Below, one piece after another: positions 37,068 through 49,524 of a stretch of DNA of 64,000 nt. A program made the translations under genes and the position numbers. Position 1 is the first letter of the stretch; each line of letters starts with the position of its first letter. Source of the DNA: Torpedo marmorata. Its lineage: Eukaryota. The notes under the pieces are model-generated. The model made no database searches and was not told the origin of the DNA. It worked only from the letters and a program-made list of their open reading frames with translations. The stretch is taken from assembly GCA_977017645.1 (NCBI GenBank), contig OZ360239.1:26536001-26600000 (forward strand). The letters are read 5' to 3'.

Positions 37068-37354
37068 ACCTGCTTGTCTTTTCCTTCCCCTCCCCCCTCA
37101 CCTGTCCTTCCTGTTTTTTTCCACCCACCCAGCTAACCCTCCTCCCCCTCTTTGCTGCTGTCCCCTCCCTCCTTTCTCCACCTATCATCTCCTGCCTTTG
37201 CCACCCCCCCTCATTCTTTTGATCAGACGCCTGCTGGCATTTTCTCATACTTTGATGAAGGGCTCAAGCCTGAAACGTCAGTTATGTATTTCTACCTTTG
37301 CTACATAAAAGACACTGTTTGACCTGCTCAGTTTCTCCAGCATTTGTGTTTTTT
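35595..37354 (+). mobile_element. Penelope-like element (Neptune type), 5'-truncated but young
   Basis: Stop-free 491-codon frame; 7-bp TSD agagttg (35588-35594, 37355-37361). Confidence 0.95.
37246..37286 (+). ncRNA. Minimal hammerhead ribozyme motif
   Basis: catact-TTGATGA-a-GGGC-tcaa-GCCT-GAAAC-GTC-agttatg (one G-U in stem II). Confidence 0.6.
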
Positions 37355-37592
37355 AGAGTTGTATTAGCTCTTATCAGTGATTTTTTTAAAAAAAAACCTT
37401 GCCCAATCCTGTACTGAACCAAACTAATAACATGCTAACCATGTATGTTGTTGGACTTGTCTTGAACAGTGACATACGCGGTACATGCATGGTTATGTAC
37501 TAAACCTCTCTGATACTGCAGCGAATGTAGCTTGGTACTGGACCAAGCCTATCACATTTAATTTCATCTTGAATGATGATGATAACTTCCTC

Positions 37593-37596
<4 letters not shown>

Positions 37597-37644
<48 letters not shown>
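37597..37644. repeat. (TA)n microsatellite
   Basis: Run of over 20 TA units. Confidence 0.97.
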
Positions 37645-37649
<5 letters not shown>

Positions 37650-37704
37650 CATTCTCCAGCTGGGAATTTAAAGAGTGATACAACATAAAAACAGAATGTT
37701 TGAC

Positions 37705-37997
37705 CCACGACGACTTTGCCAATTGTGAACCACCCACTTTTATACTAATCCTACACTGATCCCATTATATTTTCCCCATGTTCCTATCAACCACACCTCC
37801 CCCATCACCGACACAGCAGCGGCAATTTACACTGGCCATTTCAACAACCAGCCCACATGCACTTGGAATATGTGAGATATTGAAGAATATCTCCTGAAGG
37901 ATACCAATACAATCCCAAGGAGTACATTCAGAGGCCAGGATTGAACCTGGATCTCTGGATTTGAGTCAACGCCTTTACTCATTGCACCTCTGTGCTG
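37705..37997 (-). mobile_element. Old tRNA-derived SINE
   Basis: cacccactttatactaatcctacact...ggcaatttacactggcca...ggccaggattgaacctggatctctgg; relatives at 57420-57495 and 57690-57915. Confidence 0.6.
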
Positions 37998-38435
37998 CAG
38001 ATGGTCGGTGCAGGACGATGGGCATCATTCATCATTGAGCTGCTTCTGACTTCCATCAGAAAAATAGTAATGCTCAATAAATAGCTTGAATAATGTACTT
38101 TAATTTTTTTTTTTTAATCCAGAAGCAGAAACTGTGTACAGCATTCAAAACTTTGCATACATGGAATTTTCAATTGCAAATTATTGCCATTGTCCTTGCT
38201 GTGATTCTTCATGTGTTAAGGTGTTTGCAGCACTTGTACTTTTGTGTTGTGGCTGAAGCTTTTTGTTGGTACATCTATGATGCATGCTGCCATGACACAT
38301 TGACATTTGCCTTTTTTGTATAACATCCTGTGTTAGATCAATCTTCATTTTCATCTTTGGAATTAATGCCAAAAATAATTATTTTTCCATTGTGTTGTGC
38401 AATGATTAATAAATTGTTCAACTTTCTTTCCACAG

Positions 38436-38483
38436 ACCAAGGAACTAATATATACAGAAAGCCTCCGATCTACAAACAATATG
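38436..38483 (+). CDS. ABLIM1: ABLIM1 coding exon (48 nt, phase 1-1): DQGTNIYRKPPIYKQY
   Basis: Acceptor ctttctttccacag, donor ATG/gtattg; conserved NIYRKPPIYKQ motif. Confidence 0.96.
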
Positions 38484-40424
38484 GTATTGTTCTACTTTGT
38501 TTTTGACTTCTGATAACTTGATATATTGCAGTGCAAGTTGTCTTTTTTGTTTTTTTCCATAATTTTTTCTTGAATTATTATGACTAATATTAAGGATGTT
38601 GTACACTAGATGATAGATAAGGTCATATTTAAGAGACTTTCCTCATGGCCATTTGGGTACCAGATCAAATTCCAGAATTAAGAGTGTCATTTTCACTGAG
38701 GACTAGCACTCCGGCCCACATCTCCAGTGAGTGGCTAACCTCACTAGCCAAGATGAAAGTCAGGGAGAAATGTGTCATCTTTTCAAGCACTCGCCTTTCT
38801 TTCCAAACCACTACAAATAATATGGAGATGGGCACAAAGTTGGATTAAACACAAGCGTTTATGGAGACAATTTACCGGTAGTACTTTTTTTTATTGCTTT
38901 CACTAACGTTGGAGAATTGAAAACATTTCCCATTGTAACGATGTGAACGTTATTCAATTTATACGCTTGCTCCCGTGAGTGCAATTGCAGATTCAGCACC
39001 AAACAGTGCCTGATTATAAAGGGTCTATTTTTCAAACCCAAACTCCCTCAGAACTGGATTGAGATTAACAAATTAATTCCTTCCAGAAAGAACTTGCTAC
39101 CAACAGCTGGATGAGTATTCCCTTAACATGACTTCATAACTTGGTTCCATGGGTATAAAATTAATAACGGTATCGTTCAATATCAATTGTCATTTTGTGA
39201 AAATTGTTTTTTTTCTAATGTCAATAGAACTTTTCAGTATGAGGTTTACAGTAGTTTAAAGGACACTTTAAGTTTGATGCCTGATCCATTTCCTTGATTC
39301 TTTATCATTCATTATAGTTTTGCTCATGTTTTTGATTTTGGCTCATTTTTCTATTAATATGTCCCTTGTTTTCCTGCTAACAATGCTCAGATTAATCCGT
39401 AAGTGCTGTTTGCTTGTGAATTTCCTTAGCTGTAGGTCTTCCTAAACGTCTAACTAATTTTAATGCTTCAAATAAACATTTCTGCAGCAAATTATCATTT
39501 TGGAATGTTTAAGTAACATAAACTCTTTACAACTCTTTTAAACTCAAAAGATGCATTGAAGGAAATTGTCATTTAAGCATTATATGCAAATTCAGTGTTA
39601 AACACTTTATCTAGTATAAATCAAGTGTATTCATAAATCCCACAATCAATCACTTTCATAGGGAAGGTAGATTAGATAATCAGTCTCGCAGCAGCGACTC
39701 TGTCATGTTCCCTTTTTGAATGATGCCTTTCAATCAAAGCATGAATGAAGAACTTACCAAATTGTGACAAAAAAACTGTAAATGACCCTCTTTCTAAACC
39801 TATTTGCTTGTCTCAGGATTCCAATGGTAAAAAGAGAATATATTTCTACATTATCAGGCCTACTATGATGTAGGGCTGACCTTTTGAAGCAAAGGAATTT
39901 AAATTTTTTTCCATCAGAACCCTCTTCCCTTCAATTGCTTTTAAAACCTGTGCTCTGTCCAATAATAATGATTTCATTTCTACCACGTAAAAATAACACA
40001 AATAGATTTAATCATCTAATTAAAGAGTTGGTGTGGAAATATTCAGCATTAAAAGATTTGTTCTTTAAACCCACATTTATTGCCACATGTACTAAGGTAC
40101 ACTGAGAAAGTTTGTTTTGCATGCAATCCAGCTAGTCAACCCATACCTGGTTCAGCGATAAAAACAGTTCAGAATGCTGAGTTAGAGAGATCACTTAGAA
40201 CAGAGCAAAATCAATATTAATTTACTTGTTTGAAGTTCGTTTGGAAATCTGATAGTAAAACAAAATGCATCGCTTGCCTGCATTAATGTCTCTCTTGCTT
40301 CATCTCTGAGATTTATGAGGAAGTTCTCTGGCAATTAAATTGGGGAATTGGAAGACCACTTGGAATTTCGACTCTGTGTAACTTGTCTGTAACTGTGGTC
40401 AGTTTCGGGCTGTTCCTCAAACCA

Positions 40425-41070
40425 GCTGAGGCAGAGCTTTGTGCATTCACATCATCCAAACTAATCTACTGCATTCAGTGTACTGGATGTGGCCTCCTCT
40501 ACGTTGGTGGAACCAAACCTAGATTGGGTGATCACTTTGGCTCTGTTATGGGTCTAAGCGTGAGCTCCTAGTAGCCAACCATTTTAATTCCTTCATTATT
40601 CCCACATTGATATCTGTCCTTGGCCTTGTCCATTGCCAGAGTGAGGCCAAATGTAAAGCTGAGGAACTACACTTCATGTTCCTTCAGAACAGCTTTAAAT
40701 CCAATGCCATGAACATCATTTTTTCTAAGTTTAGGTAACCCCCTACCTCTATCTTGGTTCCACTGTTTCTTTCCCTTTAACTACTCCCATTCTTATTTTT
40801 CTCTCCCACATTTCACCCCACCCCCCAATCCCCCAATGGTCTCTCCCTCTGCCTGTTCTCCACCTCCCGCATCTGTCCAATACCCAATCAGCTCTTCGCC
40901 CCTTCCCAGCTTCTTCCTCCCCTTGATATAGTTGCCATCTCCCCTTCCCTCTTTAGTCTCTGTGATGGGTCCAGACCCAAAACGTTGATTGACCATTTAC
41001 CCCAAGATGCTGCCTGATCTGCTGAGTTCCTCCAGCAGCTCATTGTTTGCATTTGCAGTTTTTGTATTTC
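40425..41070 (+). mobile_element. Decayed Penelope-like element (GIY-YIG region and 3' UTR)
   Basis: TSSKLIYCIQCTGCGLLYVGGTKPRLGDHF; 3' end gggtccagacccaaaacgttga...gctgagttcctccagca. Confidence 0.8.
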
Positions 41071-41204
41071 TCTCCCTTCTGAAGCAAGCCTCGACAATGG
41101 AACTGAAAGGTTGTGCAACCTCGGCCACCAGAGGGCAACAGCAATCTCTTAGCTGAGTATAACAAAATACAAGAAAAGGCTGCTTCCTTCCATTTTTATA
41201 TTTA

Positions 41205-41446
41205 AGCTGCTTTTTCTCCCCCTACAACATGGTAGAAGGCCCTTCCCACCCATGAAACACATGCAGCCTAATTACACCCAATTAACATCCCAACCCCGTA
41301 CATTTTTAGAGGGTGGGACAAAGCAGGAGCACGCAGAGAAAACCCACAGAGGTAACAGGGAGAACGTACAAAGTCCTTACTGACAACACCAGATTCAAAC
41401 CTGGGTTTGCTGGTGCTGTAATCGTGTTGCACTAACTGTGCCACCT
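41205..41446 (-). mobile_element. V-SINE
   Basis: Reverse of V-domain (gggagaacgtacaaagtccttac) and B box (gattcaaacctggg). Confidence 0.8.
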
Positions 41447-42050
41447 GAGTCACCTTTCGGATCCTTGCTCAAAGAATTTGGATTGCGAAAGGTCGAGATT
41501 CAACAGTTTGCATTTATATCTGCCCTCCTCCATCTCTTCCTTGGGAATTGGAAGATTTCACTTCAACATAGAGTTACCCTTGCATTTGTCAACATCCTAA
41601 TTGCACTCTGTGCAAACAGTTTCCACGTCAATTGAAATTGTTTCACAAAAAAGTCTGGACAAAATTAATGGCCAGGTTAAATTAACTTGAGGCGTGGTGT
41701 ATGCTGAACTAAGCGAATATTGAGTATTGCAGACAACATTTTTGGGAATCACTTTTAATATACAAGGCATACATTATTCAGAATGTGACAGGTTCAATAA
41801 TATGAGATCTCATTTTAAATTTACATATGGCTTGTCTTTGAGACTAACCAATTATAAAATGACTAGTATGATGATTTGATGACAAACAGAATGTGATTAC
41901 TCTATGCCAAATAAATATGACTTGTATTTGCAATGATGACATTTCACTAAGTGCGCCAATTAGCAAAGGGCCAATGCAAGCTGATGGGGAACCTCCAGTC
42001 TATTGCAGACCTACTGACATGTGCTGAGTTCCCACTGATTGCCACTCTAG

Positions 42051-42188
42051 ATGCAGTTGCAATGGCAGCCCAACTCAAAAGAGGCGTGGAGATCATCAAG
42101 TCATCCAAGTTCCCTGCTGCCCAGGCTCCAGATCCTGATCAGACTTCTGAGGAGGAGACTGACTACTGGCCAGGTCCAGGTATCATAG
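42051..42188 (+). CDS. ABLIM1: ABLIM1 coding exon (138 nt, phase 1-1): DAVAMAAQLKRGVEIIKSSKFPAAQAPDPDQTSEEETDYWPGPGII
   Basis: Acceptor ccactctag (alternative atgcag 6 nt downstream), donor TAG/gtatga; conserved IIKxSKFPAAQAPDP...ETDxWPGP. Confidence 0.93.
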   Translation: MQLQWQPNSKEAWRSSSHPSSLLPRLQILIRLLRRRLTTGQVQVS

Positions 42189-42810
42189 GTATGAGAAAAG
42201 CCGAACACATGGGCCTTCAGTTCATTTGTTACATTTAAAATCTATCTGTCTTCTCCAATTAGAGGGTAAAATGTAAACATTTTCAGCCTAATCATTACAG
42301 AACTAAAATCTTAAAAGTGAATTTCCCCAGCATTTTAAAATCTCTCAATCTTTTGTATTACCGTAGTTCGTTTTTTTAAAAAAAAACTATCTTCTAAATA
42401 AAATATTAATCAATTCACAGCAAACAGGTTTTTCTGTTTTGACCAGGATTTACATCAGTACATCTTCATGTGTCATGTCATGCAGATAAAAGTTGAAGAC
42501 TACTGTGCAGTACTATTTAAATTCCCAGTTGACTCCTTTTCATTGGACCTTTATTTTATAAATGTTCATGTGCTTTGCTGTTTGAGCCAGTATTTATTGC
42601 CTAATTGACCCTGTATTAGGTGACATGCCAGGTCATTTCAGAGGTCAGTTAAGCACCAACCTTATTGGAGTGGGTTAGGTCACCAGAAGACATGATTGGG
42701 GAAAGTACAACCAATTTTCTTCCCTAAAGAGCATTGGTGAATCAGATGGGCTTTTACAAAAAAACAGTGTTTCATGGTTACTATTGCTGCTTCACATTTA
42801 TCTAATTATT

Positions 42811-43187
42811 ATTATTATTTATTTTTTTTAAATAATTTTATTTAAATTTTAAATCACAAAATACATGAATCAAAAATAGTATATCATTTAAAATACATGT
42901 GATATATTACCTCCCACCCTCCCCTCCCCAACCCCCCAGCACTATTCTTAAAAAAAAGAAAACAAAAAGAATGTTAGTTATAAAGAAAAAAAAAAGAAAA
43001 GAGTTGAATAATAAAGAATTAAAGAGTTAAAGTGAGGAGAAAACAAATTACAAGCTAATTCTATTTATATATTGGAGGTTATTTTTGCCAGCGGTACCAA
43101 CTTCTAGAGAATTAATTCATACCCATAATTCTCATATATGGGCTCCAAATTTTCAAAAAGAAATGATATTTATCATGTAAATTATAT
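42811..43187 (-). mobile_element. Short 5'-truncated L1-clade LINE with 15-bp TSD
   Basis: TSD atttatctaattatt (42796-42810, 43188-43202); near-identical in reverse to 50700-51075. Confidence 0.9.
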
Positions 43188-45171
43188 ATTTATCTAATTA
43201 TTGAATGTAAATTCCGAGGTTAGATTCAATCTCAAGTCTGGTACTTAGTCCACTTAACCACAGCTACTCCACCCAACCTTAACCATAACTACTTTACCCA
43301 AACTAGTCTTACCCAACCTTCACCTCGGCAACTCTACTCAACCTTTATATAAAACTTGCGAACTTAAGTCAGTGTCCATTGCAGGTCATAGTCAGGGTAG
43401 TTCTTAGAGAAGTGCCACATCTACGTATTGTGGAACAAGAAATGGCCATTGTTCGTCTTTCATCATTTTTCAAGCTACAGTATTTAATCAATCGGCCAAG
43501 AACTGTCAATTCTGTTGATTGAGCCAGTAAGTTCAAGTGATGAGTAGCTTTGCAAGTTGAACAGCCTTCCCTTGATGGGAGTCAATCTCAGCGCCAGAGC
43601 CCATGAAATTTGTTGTTTTGCTGGACCCAGTGTACCTGGTTGTATCAGGAGTGTGAACACATTTCTGTTCATTAGAAGCTACACATGTTCTTGGCCAATT
43701 AAGCTAATCTCTTAACAAGGGCAACTCTGTGACTGAGCACATGCACCTGAAGCCAATTCCCTCAGAGCAACCAGCCAAGGTGTTTTGGCTGCAGAGCAAC
43801 ATTGTGCTGCAAGATGGGCATCTCTTTGTCCCAAAATTTATGCTGCTGCAAAGTATAAGTGAATTACGAAGCCATAATTACTGCTTTACAAGCCTGCTAG
43901 TACAAAAGTTATGAATTATTATTCCCTCTGGAAAAACTTCAAAATTCCATTTAAAAAAAAAAAGATTATTGTATTTCTGCAGTCTTAATCTCATTTATGT
44001 TCCAGATTTACTTCACACTTGGGTTTGTTATCTGTACTATCTTTTCAATGAGATTCTGCTCAGGCTGCCTGATCTTATCGTGGCCCCTGGACACCAGGAT
44101 TTCCTTTGGCGGATGCCTGCTTGCAACTGACGATAGAATGGATAGGAGCTACACCACAGGGAATATGTTTCATTGTGGTGGTCTTCTTTCAGGTTATTGC
44201 AGGCACAGTTGCTTCGTTGTTCAACTGCTCCGGTAAAATCTGGGCCAGTTTCCTGCAAATGTAGAAGGTACATTGGGAGGGAACCTTTTGACCATTTATA
44301 TTGTCCCTGGAACATGCTGATAGCTTGCAGAAGAAATAGATGAATTAAAGATCAAATAATTCATTAATTTAAAGCACAGATTTTCTGATAAATATCTAGC
44401 CAAGAATTACTATAAAACTTACTGAAAGTTGGCGACCCCAATCAAAGTAATGAAGACACTTCAGAGACATCAGCCATGTTTCAGGATGGTGTGAGCTGCC
44501 CATGAACTTAGTGACCAACCCAGAAATAGAGCAAGAGGTTAGATGCACTGAGATTTGACTTCTGGCACATTTCATGCTGATGCACTGCCATGCACAGGTG
44601 CAGAGTCGTGAATGTGCTGATCCGAGGAGCAGTGGGATAGCAGCTCCTTTCCAAACTATGGGCTGTTCAAGCCAAGATTCCTTTACATTTGTCTTCTTCA
44701 GAACTTGTTTTCATCCACAGATGTTCCTTTTTATTTTAAACTGAGTGAAAATGTTTTCAACTCCCAAAAGAAATACTGTCTCAAACATTGTCCTAAAATT
44801 AAAAGCACCTCTGATTTCTCATTACCTTTCAAGAAGGATTGTCATCTAGGCTCCAAAAGTATTTAAACGGTCTGCACTGTGGATTGATTGATAAGGTTTC
44901 AATATTGGAAATTAAATCAATTAATCTTTTTGAAATGAGTCTTTCAGTTTGTGCATGATTATCAAAATCTTTTATTTCTAAAGTCTTCACTACTCTGATT
45001 TCATTCATTACCATCACTCAGAGTCTGGTGCACATAAATTGCCCTAAAATAATGTTTTGTGTGTATGTCCACTCTTTTTTTGGTGGAGCTTTTGTTCAAC
45101 TTCCCTCAAACTACTGATTTCCTTTATAACAAATGACAACAGCATCTCTTGTCCACTAACAACTAGAGAAA

Positions 45172-45335
45172 GAACCATAGAACATTAGAGCACAGAAACA
45201 GGCCCATCTAGTGTGTGTCAAACTATCATTCTGCTGAGTCCCACTGACCTGCACCCAGACAATATCACTCCATACCCCTCCCATCCATGTGCCTGTCCAA
45301 TTTTTTTTCTTAAATGTTAAAATTGAGCATTTAAT
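45172..45335 (-). mobile_element. CR1 3' end
   Basis: accatagaacatt...gtcccactgacctgcaccc...cccatccatgtgcctgtccaa, same as 58155-58310. Confidence 0.8.
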
Positions 45336-46586
45336 GCGGCAACTTATTGAGACCATGTTTTCTCTTGGCCTGGGCTCTTTGAGTCTTTAATACAGAGACT
45401 TTTTAGATCTTTTAGGTCATAATTTTTTTTTTAAGCAGAATTAAGATGGAAGGTAGTTCTTTCCCATCATAACCTCTGTGACTTTAGGACAAAACCAAAC
45501 AGTTTTTATTTTCCTTCTTCATTAACGAGCAAGTTTCTCACTGGGCACCCAGCTTTGCTACTCACTGCTCTTCACACGGCTGAGAATATTGTTTTGACCA
45601 CTGCAAACACACATCAATGTCAAACGCATGCTGCAGGTAAAAGGTAGTAGTTCAGTTTGTTGAGAGGTGTTTTGTGGGGCCAGTTGCATGTGGTTTGAGT
45701 AATCCTTTAACTGCGTATGCAACTGAATAAGAAGCTGAGATCATTTTTATTGGGACTTATTCAAACCCAATGATTTTTACACTCGAATTTAAAGTACTGA
45801 AGAAAGTACATGATATTTCCAGATACATTTGTTCAGATTGAACGTATTTTATAACATAAAAGGTGTTTCTTTTTATGAGAGAATCAATGTCAGCTAATTT
45901 GTGTGCCTACATCTTATTTGTATTGGTATGCCAAATGGCCATCAAAACAGTCATAATTCAATTACATGGTGCCCAGCCATTTTCCCTGCAGTAGAGAGAA
46001 AGCCAATGTAAACTGTGGTGCCTGAACTCAAGACAGAGTGGTACATTTTACATGGGTGATTTGAGCATGTATCCTGGCTATTGCTCCTTGTCATGTGGTC
46101 TTTAAAGAGGCCTCTGTGGTTTAACTCAAAATCTAATTTTTTTCTACTTTAATTCTTGTGGGATCAGGAGAAAGACTCCTGCTAATTCTAACACTGACAC
46201 AGTATTGAAGCCCTCCGATGTGCTCTCAAAATTTGCTCATTTCGAACCTGCCCTGAATCACATGCTGGTTCAGAGGCACACTTGTCACCCAGCTCACTAG
46301 AGGGTTGGGCTTCACGTGGATTAAATCACAATTGATTGAAGAGGTTGTGGGGATGACCACCTGCCTGATTCATGCACTTGATATAAGCCATCACACACAT
46401 CTTTTCTGGAGAGAAAATGATTTTGCAACCCCTCTCGAGTAGCTTTCTGTAAGTTTGTTAAATGCAACCACGCCATCATGAAGGTTTGTAAACCTCATCT
46501 CTCTTTGATCTAACCCTATACAAAGCCTGCCCCTCTGGTATTGTACATATCTCGGATCTCCTAAGGCTGTATTTTGTGACTACCAG

Positions 46587-46675
46587 GAATAGACAGGAGG
46601 AGAGGCAGCGAACGAGAAGAGGACGATGAGGAAAAACTCCGACGGAGACAACTCCAGGAGGAGCAACTCAGTAAA
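46587..46675 (+). CDS. ABLIM1: ABLIM1 coding exon (89 nt, phase 1-0): GIDRRRGSEREEDDEEKLRRRQLQEEQLSK
   Basis: Acceptor ttttgtgactaccag, donor AAA/gtatgt; matches the coiled-coil segment REEDDEELLRRRQLQEEQLMK. Confidence 0.94.
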
Positions 46676-48805
46676 GTATGTTTGGTTTTTGTATATAAAG
46701 CTGTTAAAATGTACTATTAAAAGCATGGCATTTTCACTTTCCAGTTGTATATGGGCAAAGGCACAGTAAATTGCAAACTCTAACATCCACTCACTTATGA
46801 CCTGTGCAGAATCATTAATGGGGAAGTATGTACGCAGGTAGATATGTTTGTTTTCAGTGTCTTGTTAATTGGGGCAAGCTGATATGAACAGTATCTTTAT
46901 CATTTCAGTCTTAATTTTAGCTTAAGTTCATTTAGTTGGATAATACATATTAATCATTTTTTTCTGTTCAAGTCAACCTTTCAAATTTGTATGCCTTATT
47001 TTGAATGTTTTTTTTTATTGTCAGTATTATTTCCCTCTTCTAACTGTTTATTGCATTATTTTGTGATGTCATCACTAGCTATAAAGAAATATCTACCCTC
47101 AAACAACAGCATGTCTCAGAACATTTTATATCCTTTTTCCTCTGAAGTGATTGTCAGTAGCCATTGGCTCTAGAAAATTCTACCCATTTGCGCCTGTTTG
47201 GTATGAGTGAATAATGCAAATATGCATGTCTTGTTTGGGGCCATTTCTCGTCCCATCCAATGGAATTTGACTGGGTACTTCCTGCTGTGATTCACTTTAC
47301 TGTGGACCTCATTTCCATGAAGCACATGAGACAATATCATCAATGTCCAGGGACCCATTAACTACTCAGTCAGAAATTGGATCAAAAGGTCATAACTGAT
47401 GACCTTTGTTTTTAACTCAATAAAACAATCAGTATAAGAAATAGAAGCAGGAATAAGCCATTTTAGCACATTGTGTCTACTCTGTCGTTCACTGAGGTTT
47501 TGGTTGATGTTTTACCTGAGTAATACTTTCCTGTACTAATGCCATCCCTGGATGGCCTTAAAATCTATTGGACTTGGCCTTGAATGTGCTCCGCAACTGT
47601 TCTGCTCTCATGGGTAGAGAATTCCAAAGGTTTCCTCCCTTTTATGTGAAATAAAAATCATCACATTTCTGCCCTGATGCGTCTTTCAAAATCTGCCCCA
47701 AAATTAGTGAACCATACGGAATTTAAGTGGAGCATCACTTATTTTGTTCACCTTGTAGATTCTCCTGCCCGCCACAATATTTAATTGTCATAAAATTCTC
47801 ATACCGACTGCCCAGAACACGTAGCTATGTAGCACTGATGTTTCAGACCGCAGTTGCTTTGATCCACACTACTGTTCAGTGTATTGGGATCATTCTTGGC
47901 ATGTTTCAGTCAGAAGCAATTTTTTTGGTCTGGAGAACTGCACCATTTTCCCCCTGTATTCCGCTTCACACCCATGTTACCCGTCATCCACAATTTTACC
48001 ATGATTATTCTCCCCCACCAAACTAATTCATTCCCATTCTCTCTCATCCCATGACAGCCTTGAAGGGAAATGATTCACATCCCATGAGCCAATAGGCCTG
48101 TTACGCAGCAGCTGTCTGCTTAATTAAACAGGTGGATCTTAATGCTGCTTAACCGCAATAAGGACTTTATATTAAAATAAGGATATCCTGATTTCTTTTT
48201 TATTTAAGGTAACATCTCATCTGGAATTGATGGCAAAACATGGTACCCAATTAGTAAACCAGAAATGGGTCAAATACAAGCACGAGACACCCGTGGATAT
48301 GTTCAAACAATAAAATTGAGTTCTTCACTCACCTTTTATTGCCTAGTCAATAACTGAAATGCAGTCTTGTTTTTTCATTTCAAAATACTTCTTTACCAAT
48401 AAAGCATTTGTGAGATCGTGAGATGATAAAAAGACTCCACATAAATACGAGTCTGTCTCTTTCAATTAATGGTCCCCCAACATAATTGAGAAAGCAACCA
48501 AAAAATGACATCACTTGCAAACTGTCATTGTTCTTCTTCAGTATTACTAGGGTTAATGGAAAGGAAATGAATCCTTCATCAAAATAGAATTGTTTGTTTT
48601 GTACTCCTGCCCACAACATAGCACCACTTGCACTCTTGCTTATTGAAACATTTCAAAGAAAAATATGTTCAAAAAGGAACATTGTTCTCAGGAAAGATCA
48701 GGCCATGTTTCGCTAGGCTCAGCACAATAGCTTCCACTCGCCGTTGGTTGCTGTTCAGAAATATTGGTTTATTTATTTTTGCCACTGTCCTTTGTAAATT
48801 TTCAG

Positions 48806-48935
48806 ATCCAGTCCGGCCTTGGGAAGCTGATTCTGAAGGAAGAACTGGAAAAAGAGAAGCAAGCCCGCTTAGCATCTCACACTCTCTCTGGTAATCCTCA
48901 ATTCAGGCATCGTTACGATCTGGCAGGGAGTGCGT
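48806..48935 (+). CDS. ABLIM1: ABLIM1 coding exon (130 nt, phase 0-1): IQSGLGKLILKEELEKEKQARLASHTLSGNPQFRHRYDLAGSA
   Basis: Acceptor aattttcag; conserved SGLGxLILKEExEKE; donor CGT/gtaaga at 48935 (alternative in-phase donor CTG/gtaatc at 48890), so the 3' boundary is less certain. Confidence 0.85.
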
Positions 48936-49524
48936 GTAAGAGCATAAACCTTCCATCAAGTGACTGAGCAGAATGGATTTCTTATTCTTTTAAATGGGCC
49001 TGTGTCTTGTGGTGTTACCTTCTGCCGAGCTTCACTGTGATAGAAAGTTGTCCTTTTATTTACTTCACGTTCTGGTTATAAAGTAAATAACAGATATGAA
49101 TCCAATTTAGTATCGATGAAATTCATGCAGTTAATTTGTGTTCTGGAATATTTTTAATTAGCTACCATTTGACGCGTCAGATTAATGTTTTTAGAATTTT
49201 TTGATTAGCTGCATCTATGTTTTTTTTAAAAGGATACAGCAGCAAATGAATAGAAATGGCTCTCTTAGTGTGAATGGGCCTTGTGCTGTTTTCAGAGCTA
49301 TAATAATATAACAGTCTACCAGGCAGAGTCATCAAGCAAAGGGTAGTCATTGCACCTCTCTGCCTGACACTGAGGTGGAGAGCCAGTGTCTCCAATGCAA
49401 CATTAGCTTTTGGAGGTATTTCTCTGTTCTTCTCTTTGACAAGGAAAAGTAAAACAGAAGGAGCAAACACAACACACAGTTACACTGTGCACTCACTTGC
49501 CCAGGACTTGACAGTTAACTCTCA

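Noticed and set aside
39817-39826. 10-nt microexon-like unit tctcag|GATTCCAATG|gtaaaa
   Set aside because: Would frameshift between two phase-1 exons; no other support.
45553-45636. 84-nt in-frame candidate exon ending CAG/gtaaaa
   Set aside because: Acceptor lacks a good polypyrimidine tract and the peptide has no similarity to ABLIM proteins.
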